A stretch of 64,000 nucleotides of DNA from Spironucleus salmonicida (lineage: Eukaryota): assembly GCF_000497125.1 (NCBI RefSeq), contig NC_090603.1, positions 620,001 to 684,000 on the forward strand. The letters are read 5' to 3'. Shown here one piece after another: positions 27,343-40,345 of this stretch. How positions within the stretch are numbered: position 1 is the stretch's first letter; each line of letters begins with the position of its first letter. The notes below the pieces were generated by a model, which was given only the letters and a program-made list of their open reading frames with translations, was not told the DNA's origin and made no database searches. A program made the position numbers and the translations under genes.

Positions 27343-28694
27343 TTTAATTAGAAAATAGTAATAAACATTTATATAAAATAATATCAGTAAATTTTATCTA
27401 TGGCTTATTTTATCATAAAAATTCATATCTAGAAAATATCTTAGACAATTGATATTATATATTATAAATACATAGGTCTAGAAATGCAATTTCATATTTT
27501 AAGCTATTTTGAGTAATTATTATAACTTACAGTTGCTATCAAATGGACAAAATATATTATTAGTTTTCTATTTGTAGCAATATAGTAAGAATCTTTTATA
27601 ATAATAAATATTCCCAGCTTACTTTATAAGTTAATGGCTTTAGTAATTTATTTATTCAATAACACAACTTTATTATTCGCAAAATTTATATCTTGTATTA
27701 TAACCTAATATTGTATAATAGATGTAAAAATGATTAACAGAAAATATTAAAATTTGTTACCAAATACAGTTAGAGCCTCATAATTTGTATGATAATTTAT
27801 AATTTAAGTTTATCCAGTGCATACGTAATGTACAATAAAATACAAAAACTGATATATATGTAAAAAAATTATTATTTTATAGTTTCAGGTACATTACGTA
27901 ATAAACCTATGATTAAATTAATGTATATTTAGAGTTAAACTGTTACTGTTCTGGTATAATTATTGTTTAATTAAATTATTTAAATAGTACTTATTTTAAA
28001 ACCTTACTTGAAACTAGGTGTTTTAAGTAATAATTTATACATAGTATTTATTAAAATCTTCGTTATTACCTATAAAATAAGATTGAGTATTTATTGATTT
28101 GAAAATGACTAAAAAAATCATTCGTATTTAAATCTTTATTTTAAGTATATGTTGCTATTATTAAAATTTACAATAGTAAAATAAGCTTCATAGAAGCATC
28201 AACTTAAGTTTGCAGCAAAAATTTTATCTCGATTTATTCATAATTTTGCGATTTTATCATAGGTATTTGTTATGGAGATCTCAACATGATACTGTTATTT
28301 ATATAATTATTGGAAGGTAATTCACTATACTCAATACTAAAATTAATAATTATACATTATTAGGACCAGATCATTAACTTAGCGTAATAATTGTTAAATA
28401 GAATGACTGGTATTTTATAAAGACTAAATACTAATATTTTTTATATTCAGAGATCTATATATAACTTTATATGTACGTATAATTTATTTTTATGAGTCTG
28501 AAGCAGATAACCATGAAATTCAAGTTAAAATGTAACTTTAACTACGTAAATTTATATAAAACTGGTTCTAAAGTAACATTTATTTGTTTAATAATTGAAA
28601 ACAAGCTAAAAGATGTATTAATATTACATCTGTATAAAAACGATTATTGAATAAATACGAAATAATAATATGGTATTACTTTAAACATACATAA

Positions 28695-28843
28695 TAAGTC
28701 ACCATCGCAAAAGGTGTAAAACAGACAAGTTGGGGTTTGGAAAAGATATTACAATTTTATTATTTCCTTTCGCGAACAATAAAATCATAACACCTTTACA
28801 AAATTCAAATTGGATGTTTTATACCATTTACGCCGGTGACTTA
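28695..28843. mobile_element. 149-nt imperfect palindrome, MITE-like or long hairpin
   Basis: TAAGTCACCatcgcaaaaggtgtaaaacagacaa... versus revcomp of the right arm TAAGTCACCggcgtaaatggtataaaacatccaa...; pairing continues to a ~10-nt loop at 28765-28774; can be read as TA|AGTCACC...GGTGACT|TA. Confidence 0.6.
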
Positions 28844-29231
28844 CTACTACATATTATAACAAAGTTGTTTATTTGAGTCTATTTTAAATTAACGAATAAT
28901 ATGCATTTAATTGTTATAATTATGTTTTTAGTATAGACTATAATATATTTCAGATATATAAAATATTTGTTAAAAGCAAAATCTTTGCTAAAAGATTTTA
29001 AATAGTTAATAGTTAAAAGTAATTTAATCTTCACTTTGCAACTGATTTTTATAACATAATGGATTGCTTATCATAATAATTAATATTTTATAACTAAATA
29101 ACAAGATTTTATAACAAAGATAACTCAAAAAATTAAAATTTATTTTATTATTATTTAGGATCTTACATTTCTAACTTATTATTATACCAGTATTTATTTT
29201 TAATTTATATATTCATTATTTCTCCATCACT

Positions 29232-29579
29232 TCACATTAAATAAGTTTGTTTTATAGCAGCTTCTACTTTCTTGACTAATTCTGGAAAAGTCTCGTCTTA
29301 CATAATTTTCAAAATTTACATTATTTACGAATCATTCTCTTATAAGTAAGAAATAACTTATCTCATTTATATTTAAGTAAGCTCAATAGCAATATGTCCT
29401 AGAAGCTAGTCTTCTAAAAGAATAGATGTAGGGGTAAGATTGAGTTCATTTTTTGAAACTTAAAGTTCGATTTAATCAGAATTTATATGAACTAGGTCAT
29501 CTTTTAGGGTTATAAGGGCTTCTTGTTATTGTATTTCATTATTTTTATTAAATAATAATTACGCATTTAGGGTTTGCAT
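29232..29579 (-). CDS. hypothetical protein (115 aa)
   Basis: ATG 29579 to TGA 29234-29232, followed directly by AGTGA. Confidence 0.65.
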
Positions 29580-29728
29580 CAAGTAACGGACTTTACAATC
29601 TACAATAAATTAAATTATAAACTTATTTGAAATTAATAAATATATCAAATTATTAAATTTTATGTATTTTATTATAATTTTGTTAATATTAAACGCTAAA
29701 TAGAAAAATTCGTTCAGTTATCGTTAAC

Positions 29729-30145
29729 TCAGTCACAGTACTCCTAAAAATCAGCAAAGTCATCAAATTAGAATATTTAATCATCTAAAACTTCTCTATT
29801 CATGTCAATTTCCTCTAAATTACCATAAACTAGCTACCTAAACTCTTTCGTAGCTGCGTCTATTCTATCAGGGTATTCTGTTAATTCAGAAATATTAAAC
29901 TACTTAGCTATTTCGTTATTCTAATCTTTTTTAAATGACTACTAGAAAGATCTAAAAACTAAATCTGAATTATCTTTAGATTCTTTTAGATTAAACGTAT
30001 CAAAACCACAAAATAGACATGAACCCTTACCTTGCTATTCACAATAAATATTTCCACAATTTTAACACGACAAAGCCCATCCGTTACACTCAATTAGTGG
30101 ATGAATAACGCCATGGCAATCACAATATATTCTTTTAGGAGGCAT
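29729..30145 (-). CDS. C2HC5 zinc-finger protein, TRIP4/ASC-1/Rqt4-like (138 aa)
   Basis: CDCHGVIHPL...CQNCGNIYCEQQGKGSCLFCG matches the zf-C2HC5 pattern (CxC...H...CxxCGxIxCEQEGxGPCLFCG); VLDD near the C-terminus. Confidence 0.85.
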
Positions 30146-30220
30146 TTTTGCATTTATAAATTATTTATCATATAATAATATGTATTACATATACAGTCTC
30201 TTCCACTTCTAATTAATTAA

Positions 30221-32635
30221 ATGTCTCATAATCCTAGACTTGTCGTGCACGAGATTTTCTAAAACTAAGGGATCTCAGCCACAATTCTTAAAATCAAAGA
30301 CTTCTAGCTCCTCATTAACTGCGGAATTCGCCAGCCGTATGAGCAGTTCTTCGAATAGTACAAGCAACTGGCCCCAGAACTGTCTGCAATCATAATAACA
30401 TCTCCATCTCAGCTGTGCTGTGGCGCGCTTCCATTTCTGCGTCATTTCGGTTACAGAGGCTAGTTCTTCATCCCAGAATTCCTTTTTGAAGAAATCCGTC
30501 TCACAATCGATGACATGCGTTACCAAACAATCACAGACTACAACAACCACATTCCAATCGACGAACATCTCTAACCGCTTTTTCAAACCGACCTTTTCTC
30601 AATCGAGCAAAAACGCGATTTGCAGCTCAATTCCTGGATCGTGCTTAACCAATAAGTTTCTGTTCTCATCATTTAGCAATCAGTCGACCAAATAGCGATA
30701 AATTTGAAAACCGACTACTTCAGGGAAGAGATTTTCTTCGCAGAACACCTCTTCAAGACCGGCCGTCACGCACTCACGAAATTGGGGCTACAAAACCTCC
30801 AATTGGCGATTTCTGGCGAGCCCAAAAAAATTCCAGCACTTCAAATTGCGAATTCAAAATAAATTTCCACTTCTTTAAAAAATACAATTTCTCAAAACGG
30901 CTAAATTTTCATTCCCTGCGACGGAATCGGCTCATTTCTTCGGACTTACGAAAATCTTCAGCAAGAACTCAAGTAGCTAAACTATTTCAAAAAGCTCAAA
31001 ATCAGTCTCATTTGTGACAAAGCGATTCCGCAAAATCTCAAGAAATACGCGCTCGGAAAGTCACTTTTTACAATCCAAAAGTTCGACGATTCCGACGTCA
31101 TTTTCAGCCTCGATGCGACGTTTTTGAGCGGCTTTTCGCTCCTTTTCCTGAAAGAAAAAATTAACAATCCTCTGAATAAGCTCATAATTTGCGATTTGAG
31201 CCAAAAAACGCTAGAAAGTAAAATCTTCTAAACGCTGATTTCGGCCAAAATTCGAGGCAAAAAATCGGTTAAAATCGACAGCTACGATATCGAAGTCCGC
31301 GAAGTTAGCGAGAAAAAGACCCGCACACTTCGGGATGAGCTCTAGCTGCTGAATTACGAAGTTTTGGTTGAAGATCTGTAAAATGAGCATTTTGAGAGTA
31401 AATATGACGTAAATCAGGTGATTGACATGGCAAATAGTGTATATTAGTTTAAATATGAAGATGTATATCGTTAAGAAGGAAAATTCAGTGGAAAGAAATT
31501 TTTGATTTTAACAAAAGAATAGAAATAATATATAATTAATTTTATCGGAAATAAGACGCGTGATGGACTGTTTTTGGCTGATTTCAGTAGTCCAGTACTT
31601 TAATCGTGCGTTAAGGACGAAATGAAGATGTTCAAAATTGATAAATATAAGACCTACTAAATCGAATTTGAGTAGCCTAAGGAGCGAATTGGGTTCGTTT
31701 AGGACCTGTTTTAATTGAAATTTTTGAAGTTCTTTACTGAACTTTTGGTCGAAAAGTCGTATCTAGTTTGTGTGAATAATCAAGTCACGGTACAGCAAGG
31801 TGCCGAACAAAATCTGATTTAAGAAGTCAACAAAAACTCTATTGCCGCTGTAAATATACCAACTTTCAAGTCGATTTTTGATGATTCGATCCAAGTTATC
31901 CAACGTAATTTTGTTACCGATTTTGAAGTTGAGGGAGTAGAAAATCAAATTTAAATCAAGAAAAAAGCAACTGGAGAGTACATAGAGCAAAAGTTCACAA
32001 TTAACTGCCAAATTGACGTTTTCGACTTCGATTTTTACCATAATTCGAGTTCGTCAATTCCGCTTCTTTAAAAGATCGCTTTTAACGATAAAAAAGTCAT
32101 TGTGAATCCAACAGGTTTAGAAATCGAGAAATTCGGCTCAACTTCGCGCTACCTGATGACCAAAATCCCATTACAATTGACCTACGAAATGTTCAATATT
32201 TCCCATTGGATCAGTTTGGCTTTCAGCTAAACATCACATATGCAGAAACTAATTTTACCAAATAAAAATTAAGTGATATAAGTAATGTTGGAAAGAAAAA
32301 GTTCGAGTAAACTTGAAAATCAGGAGGAAAACGAGGACGAACTGTTCGAAATTTGCAATAAATTTCACGAACACGAGCTCCCTGGCGGCGTGTTGACAGT
32401 GGGTGGTGATGCAGGAGCCATAGAGCAGATTTGCAGCGGGTACAAGCTTGAAAGCGCAGTTTTTGAAAAGGGCGAAAGCTGGAACGGCGAGCTATGCGGC
32501 GTCGACGTCAAATTTGACGACAATCGTAAGGTATGTAACGGTATCAACGTCAAAGGGCGAGTTTCCGGCAGGCTGATGGATTTGATTGATCAGCTCAAAG
32601 GTGAGTTTGGCGGCGAGTTTGCAGTGGAGCCGTGA
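30221..32635 (+). CDS. CPSF2: CPSF100-like inactive metallo-beta-lactamase/beta-CASP protein (804 aa)
   Basis: LLINCG...SAIIITSPSQLCCGALPFL (CPSF100 LLDCG...AVLLSHPDxxHLGALPY, no HxHxDH); C-terminus resembles the CPSF100 C-terminal domain; TGAGTGA end; INTS9 not fully excluded. Confidence 0.7.
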
Positions 32636-34098
32636 GTGAATTAGGGTTTTGGTGGTTTGATAATAGGAAAGTTTTTTAGATTTTAGTGATAAAATAGTTT
32701 AAATCAAATTTAATAACCATTTACAGGGTAAATTGGGGATTTTGGTTGTTAATTGATTAAAAATACAATTAAAATTATTATATTGTGTGATATATGATAT
32801 AAGAGTAAATTTACTAAACAAATCTGCAAGGAAAATTATAGTTTATATACAATTAATAAAATAAATATAGTGAAGAGGGGTGATCATTAATACAATTTTC
32901 TTAATAATTTAATAATCGATTGACACTATTTTAAATCAGTGTTACATTGCAAGATATTTCATATAATTTTCATAATATGCGTCTTACTATGCTTCATAAG
33001 TATTATTATCTTATACCTAGTCATGATTATAAATTTCATTTTAGATGAAATTTTGAGATTATGTTGTAATATTACAGTAATTTTGAGAGTTTTATTATTA
33101 AGGAAATTACTACGGATACTATGAATAACTAGGATTAATTGATTATTATAACTCTGGGTATAACTCTTCTAGTTGCTATTGATAGTATTTTTACCTATCT
33201 TCATTATTCTTCCTTATAAAATTATGAGATTCTAGCATTTCCACCTATGATTGCTACTAACTCATATGTAAATCAAATTGGTCGATTTACTAAACTAGCT
33301 ATTACATTTCACATTCAGGATTTAAATGATTGATACTATTATCTTCAACTTATTCTACTACTGACTCTTATACTTTATCGTTTAAAATAACAATTTTTTT
33401 GTTTAGATTTTAGAGATATAAATTTTAAAGATTTTCAACCTATTATTCAATTAATTTTATATGCTTTTAATTTTATTAAATTAATATTGGTGAGTTTACA
33501 AACGGTATGGTACTTTGATTCCGTAATGGTAAGGTAGAATCACAAAATGCAAAATTTCGTTCTTTGCCATAATAGCGATTAGGCTATAAAGTTTTAAAGA
33601 TTTCAGTTGATGTATCTGATGATTAAATATTTTGAGTAATTCGAGTGCGATTCTTAATATAGTTTTCTTTTTGCTCCTGCTTATGGCGCTAGATCTATTA
33701 GCCTAGATTGGAACGAGAATATAGCTCTCTCCAAGTATTAGCTGATTAAATATGGGAAACTTTAGCTGGTATTAATTATGATTGGGAATTTTAATACGAG
33801 ATTGGACAGTACATTTTGGAAAGACAAATTTTTGATAATAACTATATATAATGATATACTGGTGTAAAAGAAATACAATAATTTAAAATAGATCAAGTGC
33901 TATTATATTATGTTATACATTATTTTATATCATTTATAATTTGTATCAGAACAAATGTTAAATTTTAAGTCCAATTTGTTTAATAATATGGAAATTATAT
34001 TAATATATTACATTAACTTTATCATCTCTAACAATGAATAGTTTACAAATGATAATAAATATCAGTTGGATAGTTAAAGAATAAGAATACGTTAACAT

Positions 34099-36459
34099 TC
34101 ATATAAGTTAAGTATCTTCTTAGCTTTAATTCCTTTACAACAATAATTAAATAAACTTCTTAGCTGCTGGATGCTATGATTTCTCGACTTGTGAGTAAGC
34201 AATGCTCGATATAATACTGAAACTACAGAGACGCGTTGGGATACCTATGTACACAAGAATCATAATGTAGTAGTCAGGCACGAATATTCTGTTGAAATTA
34301 GGGAGCATGCACGCGTCTAACTGACAGTTGAACTCATCGCTCCACATGCGGTTCTATGCAGAGATGGAATTTCTTACCCTTATCATTCTCTTAGCTGACA
34401 CGAGGTCATCAGTAGAGATATATTTTGGACGTTGATTTATAAACTAAGTAGAATTGTTGAAAATCCGGCAGGTTATCGAGCACGTGAACTACTAGCGTTT
34501 AGAATAGTCGTAAAGTAGCTTCTGGTGATGTTAGTGGACCGATGCTCGATAATTTTGTGAGTAAGAGATCCGGGTGTTGGTACACGCTTCGTCACCAACG
34601 GCACCTTTAGGTAGCGTGTAAGTTGCCGCTGAAAGGCCAGAAAGAAGGAATTCGTGTCAGAAAATTTATTGTAGATTTATTCAGGTTAAACTGCTACTGT
34701 AGCGCACTGTCCTCCCCGATGTATGCTTCAGTAGTGGTAGTTCCAAAATAGTCTTCGCTGACAGCCTTGTTAGCGCATTCGGTGTCCCATCCCGAACACA
34801 TCGATGGAGAAATTGCGTATCGCTGGTCGTGATCGCCCATCACCACTATGATAGCGTTGGAGTGATTGCCCTTCAGGAAGGCAACCAGCTTCCCGAGCTA
34901 CTTGTCGAAATAGTTGGTCATTTTGACATACTTAGGGCTTATCGTTTCGTCGTAGTACTGAGGCTGGTCGAAGACCTACTAGCTTGAGTGCGTGTCAATA
35001 GTGAACCAGTTCGCGAAGAAATGCGTCGAAATATTCTAAATTTGGAGCTCAAACTGATCCTTTGTAATTCTATCCGCGTCCCAGTCTGAATTTGTGAAGT
35101 TCTCAAACCCAGGGGCCTTGGTGGGACAGCAATACTGCACATTCTCGAAATCTCCATTGTACAGTATGTTATGCTTGGCATCGAACTCTGGAGGGGCAGA
35201 CGAAGTGTAAACGGTCGTGTAGCCCAAATAATTAAAGAACTTTGCTAGAGTGAGGTGATCCTTGCCACGCTGCTACGTGATGCCGATTCCGTGCCGGATG
35301 GGGAAATTCCCCGTCTCGATGCCGAACCAGCCGAGAATGGTGGGGACGCCAGGGAAGTTTACCCCGATATTGGTGGAGCAAAGCTCGTTCAATCTGGCCA
35401 AATTCGGCATGGTGGTTGCGTTGAAGGCTCCTCCGTTTTGCTCTTCCGAGAAGTCCTAGTCTTTCAGCAGGAGCAGATTGGCCGAAAACGACCCCATCAT
35501 CACGAGAACGCTATTGGGCATATCCTGTTTAGCGACCATTTATTCTGCCATTACCTCCTCTTCGCATTCGCTAAATTTACAATAAACGTCCCGGGAGTCA
35601 ACGAAGTACGGAAATTGTATTACGTCACGACTGTCAATATAGAATATGTCCTTTAGAATCTGGGGCATCGAATACTCTTCCCTAATCAGAGACTATAGCC
35701 TATTCTCGTTTATCTTGTACATGGACAATGATTTCCAGAGGTACCAGTTGGCTGGTGCGGACTCTACTATCCTTGAGTCTTGGCCAGTATTGGCGAAGAA
35801 CGTGCAAAAGAGAACTCTGTATGTGAGTGCTCCTATACCAATTAACGCATCAATGTATGATAATCAATATTTTCGTGGGTTTTTATGGTGTCGTCTGAAG
35901 CTTTAAAAAACCTACTTCCAGTAAATGTAAACTATAGCGCTAGCAGATACGACCGCAAAGCCTATAACCGCATTGTATAAAATTATGATGAATTTAGCAT
36001 CGATAATTTCCTACACAATAAGGTCGAATATGTTGTTCAGCTTCTAAATGGTTACCTACTTCAGGTTAGTAACTGTATTATCCTTAAACACGCTTACCGA
36101 ACCAGCGTATGTTTTGAAATAACTATGTGTTAACATAAGCAAACTGCCTACATTCATTGCATAGAAAGCCATGTAGAATGAGTGGATAGCCAGAATAGTT
36201 AACACAATACTGTAAGTAAATACTGGTTGAATGCTGCACTTTTAAGGCAAAACTAGCCCCAATCTGCAAAAAAACCTCATAGAAACAGCACTGTAGAATA
36301 AATATTGACAGTAGGAGTGGATATAGCCATAAATTACCAACAGAATGATGTTCTCCGTACGAATTATCAAAAAAAACAATGCAGCGGACACAATACGATT
36401 ATAGATAAAGTAAATAGCATATGCATAATAAAATTTTAACATTTTCAATAGTATATCAT
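34099..36459 (-). pseudogene. disrupted membrane-anchored LtaS/MdoB-like sulfatase-superfamily gene, copy A (intact core ORF 34592..35668)
   Basis: Motifs MPNSVLVMMGSF, TMPNLARL, GVPT, TLAKFFNYLGYTT, WDADR, TIDTH, YFDKQLGKLV, VVMGDH; in-frame TGA 35864-66; frameshifts in the N-terminal TM region and near the C-terminus; outer boundaries approximate. Confidence 0.75.
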
Positions 36460-38445
36460 TTTATTTAGGTCAAATTAATATTATTTTTAGTAAAATCATC
36501 CTAATAACAGTGCTATATTTAATTATTAATTAAATATATTTAATTTTCGAATACAAAATAAATCAGTACTTTATAGCAAATAATAAACTTTTATGTAATA
36601 CTTATGTAAAATATATGTTGGATGAAATCAAAAACGCTATATAAATATCATTCTATTGCTAATGACGCTATTATTGCAAAAAATTCTACATCATAATTAA
36701 TTTTATAAAATGATATGTTTTAATGCTAAATAGTTGAAGTATTTTTCTGAGCAATGTTTAATAATATAAGTAAACTAAATTCCATTAAGTAAGTTTTGCA
36801 TAGTATGAATAACTTAAATTTTTTATGTAAAATGATTTAGCATTTTTAAGTATTATAAATTTTTTACAATATTTTTATAATATTTTAAAATTCCCTTAAA
36901 ATTACAGAAAAAAAATAAACCTTTCAAAACCATAAACTGCTTGTTATTATCATTAAATCAATTAAAAAAAAACAATAGTATAAATTAATAGGATTAGAAG
37001 AGCTTTTATTAATATACTTTACATATGCTTCACTACAATAATAATGAAATCTAAATAAAATAATTTTAAAATTTTTAAGTGATTATTAAATTAATTTTAT
37101 GCTCATAAGTAAAAAATAATATTTACTTGACAGGAATCCTATACAAGAAGCTTTTGAAGTAATAGTTTATATACATGAAGGTAAAGTAATCTACAACCTT
37201 ATATTATTTTTATAATAAATTTAATATAAAGTCAATGGATTTAAATTACTGATTAAATAATAAAAGTTAAAATAAATGAGAATATTATAACATGATATCA
37301 CATTAAATCTATTTGTTTATTTTGATTTTTGTTATTAACTTTTAATAATAAATAATAACGATTGTTTTAGTTTTTTATAGAACTGTAATTTTTATTTCTT
37401 ATTAATATTAAGAGAGATAAATGAAAACCTTAGGTACAAAGTATTTATTTTTATATAATAGGTAATATATAAAGATTAAAACCTAATATTAAAGTGTAGA
37501 CTACTAGAGTATATAAAAGGAATTATATTTAAAAATGAATAATTGTAACGATCCAAGCTGTATAACCTGTCCGACAGACAAGGACATCTGCACCGTATGC
37601 AAAGACAAGTACGCGCTCGATGACGATGGAATCTGCAGGTTCTGCACCGACAACCCAAACTGCAACGGCTGCTTCCTCATAGGAACAGATCAGAGCTGTC
37701 AGTTCTGCCTTCCACCATTCACCGGCTGGAAGTGCGACACGGCATGCCCACACGGACAGAAGCAGTTCAACGTGATCGCCTGCCAGGCCACCAGCTGCTC
37801 CGAAGCGGCCCCCTGCAACGGCATCGGTGCCTGCAAGTTCAACAGCAAGTGGGACTTCGCGTGCCCCTGCGTCGAGCTGAACGTCGACTTCAACTGCGTA
37901 GCGCTTCCAGCCTGCACGGTCTACAACTGCAGGGAGTGCCGGAAAGCCGACAAGACTACCTGCGAGATCTGCCACGACGGGTATTTCTAGTACAAGAAGA
38001 AGTGCGTGCCCTGCTCCGAGACGAACTGCAAGGAGTGCGGCGTCGACCTCGCCCTCAACTTCCGCTGCACGGCCTGCCAGGTGCCCCGCAAGGGCTACAA
38101 GTGCGACACGACCTGCGCCCTGGGCTTCAAGTAGCTCAACATCGACGAGTGCCAGCCCATCACCGGCACCGAGTTCGGTCCCTGCAACCTGAAGGGGTCC
38201 ATCACACGGGCCCCCACCGGCACGGTCTGCCAGTGCATCCGCGGCTACTCGGGCGTGAACTGCGAGAACTTCTTCACCTGCGACGTCTCGAACTGCGTGA
38301 CCTGCTCCGCTGTAGATTTCTGCGGCACCTGCGAAAATGGGTATTCTATTCGAAAAGGCTACTGTGACAGGTGCGATTAGCCGCAACAACTTTTAACAAT
38401 TTCCGGTAAATGTGGGGCGTGCGGCTTTGTACCGAACTGTAAGTA
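34513..38445 (+). repeat. left arm of >=3.9 kb inverted segmental duplication (partner 60072..64000)
   Basis: Reverse complement of the window end matches from 34513; near identity holds through the sulfatase, the AT-rich spacer and the CRMP until ...GAACTGTAAGTA. Confidence 0.95.
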
Positions 38446-38806
38446 TTGCGATGATGGGGAAATTGACCGGTGTCTAGTATGTCAGAGAGGATATAGCAAT
38501 ATAAATGGATAATGTGGTGATGCTAATAGGCTTGGGAAAAAAGATACTACGGCTGTAATAATTGGATTTTTTATCTGTGTTATAATTTTGATTATTACTG
38601 CAGCCATCATAATATTTTTAATACAAAAAAATCGATTAGGCTAGTACAAGAAAATACCAGATGGTATAAAAACTTTAAAAAAATAAAATTGTACTAAATT
38701 GAGAAAAGGTAATATTTCTAGTAATGGTAACCTGTCTACTAACTGTGTGTCGTATTTACCGCCAGAAACGAAAGCTGATGATAACATCTGGAAGAAAACA
38801 AAGTGA
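37535..38806 (+). CDS. cysteine-rich membrane protein (CRMP), copy 2 (423 aa)
   Basis: Same CxxC/EGF core; TM AVIIGFFICVIILIITAAIIIFLI then a distinct tail QKNRLGQYKK...WKKTK*; aAGTGA stop. Confidence 0.92.
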
Positions 38807-39076
38807 TATTTTTAATATTTATTTCTTCAATAATTAAATATAGAATTACACAAATTACACAGTAACTTTGTGACATGATATATTATTTTTACATAATAAT
38901 ATTCCAAAATTATCTGGATATGCACTAATGCATACGATTGGCCAATTTTACATCCAGATTCCCATTTTTATAATTATTTAATTTTATATATTAATAAATA
39001 ATTATACGAACTGCTCAACCTACCATAATTTTAAGAATATTTTATATAAATATAGATAGATATTGCCTTTCCACAT

Positions 39077-40159
39077 ATGTCAAAATAGTCATTCCAATTA
39101 GCCTATCCAGATCGTCTGCTCACGATAGACGGAGACCAATCATCCCTGTAACTTGTCACGAATGAAAAAGCTCAATATCAGACTAAAAATGTTGTAGATC
39201 TCTGTAGCGGCAAAAACCTCACAGATGTATCCCGCCAGGGCACGCTTGTGCTTACGAACATCAGAATCATTTACACACTCGATTCAGATACCTCTATAAA
39301 TATGTAAATTGGTTATGGATGCGTTTAGAAGATCCTCGTTGGCAACATAGACAGCAAGTAGGCAAGTGATAAAAAGTAGATAATTCAACAGGACAGGTCT
39401 CTGGTAATCCATTGTACTTTCAACAAATCGATTTTTCGCTTCGAATTTTTACCGAGGGGTTCAAAGACGATTTTCGAACTTTTCCAGTCACTGTATCGCG
39501 CATACGACACGTCGAAGCTGTATCGGAAACTGCGAATTCGTCAGGCCGTGACGCAAAATTCGCTCCTTTTTTCGGATGAATTTTCAGAAATTTCGCTTAA
39601 GGATACTGTCGTATTGTCTCCGCTATCACCAATTGCAGTGCCGGGAACGCTAATTTTTACGAATTTTAGGCTATTTTGGCATGCTCAAAATTCAATTCAA
39701 TTTAATATTTCTGCTCCTTTTTTAGATATTTCGTGTGTTCAGATTAAAAAGTAGTCATTTGGCAAAGATCTGGAACCTGAAGATGCAGTTTTGATTAGTG
39801 TTGGATCAGATGAAAAACCTTTAGTTTTAGCATTAAAATGTATGAAAAAAGATATATAGGAATTATATGATCTAATAATAGGAAAATGTGAAACAAGTGC
39901 TGCCAATCCACTTTTTGGGGTTAAAATTGAAGGTGATAGTTCTCAAAATGACGGAGATAACATTGTTTTATTTTAAGGTGGTGACAGCTAGAATTTTGAT
40001 AGGAATGCCAAAATATCCTAAATCGTTAAAAGCGTTGATCGGGTTAGTTAGTATTTGGAGAGTTAGTAGGAAGATGGAGAAGTATTTTTCGATGAGGAAT
40101 TAGGAGTATGTTTCGAATAAATTAAAGGTATGACGCGAGAAGAATTGTGGATTCTTTGA
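39077..40159 (+). CDS. BBS5: Bardet-Biedl syndrome 5 protein (BBSome subunit, two PH-like domains), 360 aa
   Basis: GTLVLTNIRII, INMQIGYGC, RAYDTSKLYRKLRIR, GTLIFTNFRLFWHA..FNISAPFL, NPLFGV, FDEELGVCFEQIKGMTREELW. Confidence 0.93.
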
Positions 40160-40168
40160 AAGTGAAAC

Positions 40169-40345
40169 TCATTCTTCAGTTAGAATTTTCACCACTTCTT
40201 GAACTAAGTCTTCATATATTGGTGCTTCGAATATTTTTCTGGACTCTTTATATTCATTATCTTCTAATATTTCTATTTTGAGGTTTGTAAGATTCAAATT
40301 TTAGCTTTTTAGTTGCTTCAATTTACTATCCATATAATATTCCAT
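40169..40345 (-). CDS. small hypothetical protein (58 aa)
   Basis: aaaATG 40345, MEYYMDSKLKQLKSQ...YEDLVQEVVKILTEE*; converges on BBS5 with a 9-nt gap. Confidence 0.45.

Noticed and set aside
32641-32660. TTAGGG telomere-like word
   Set aside because: Single occurrence, not tandem.
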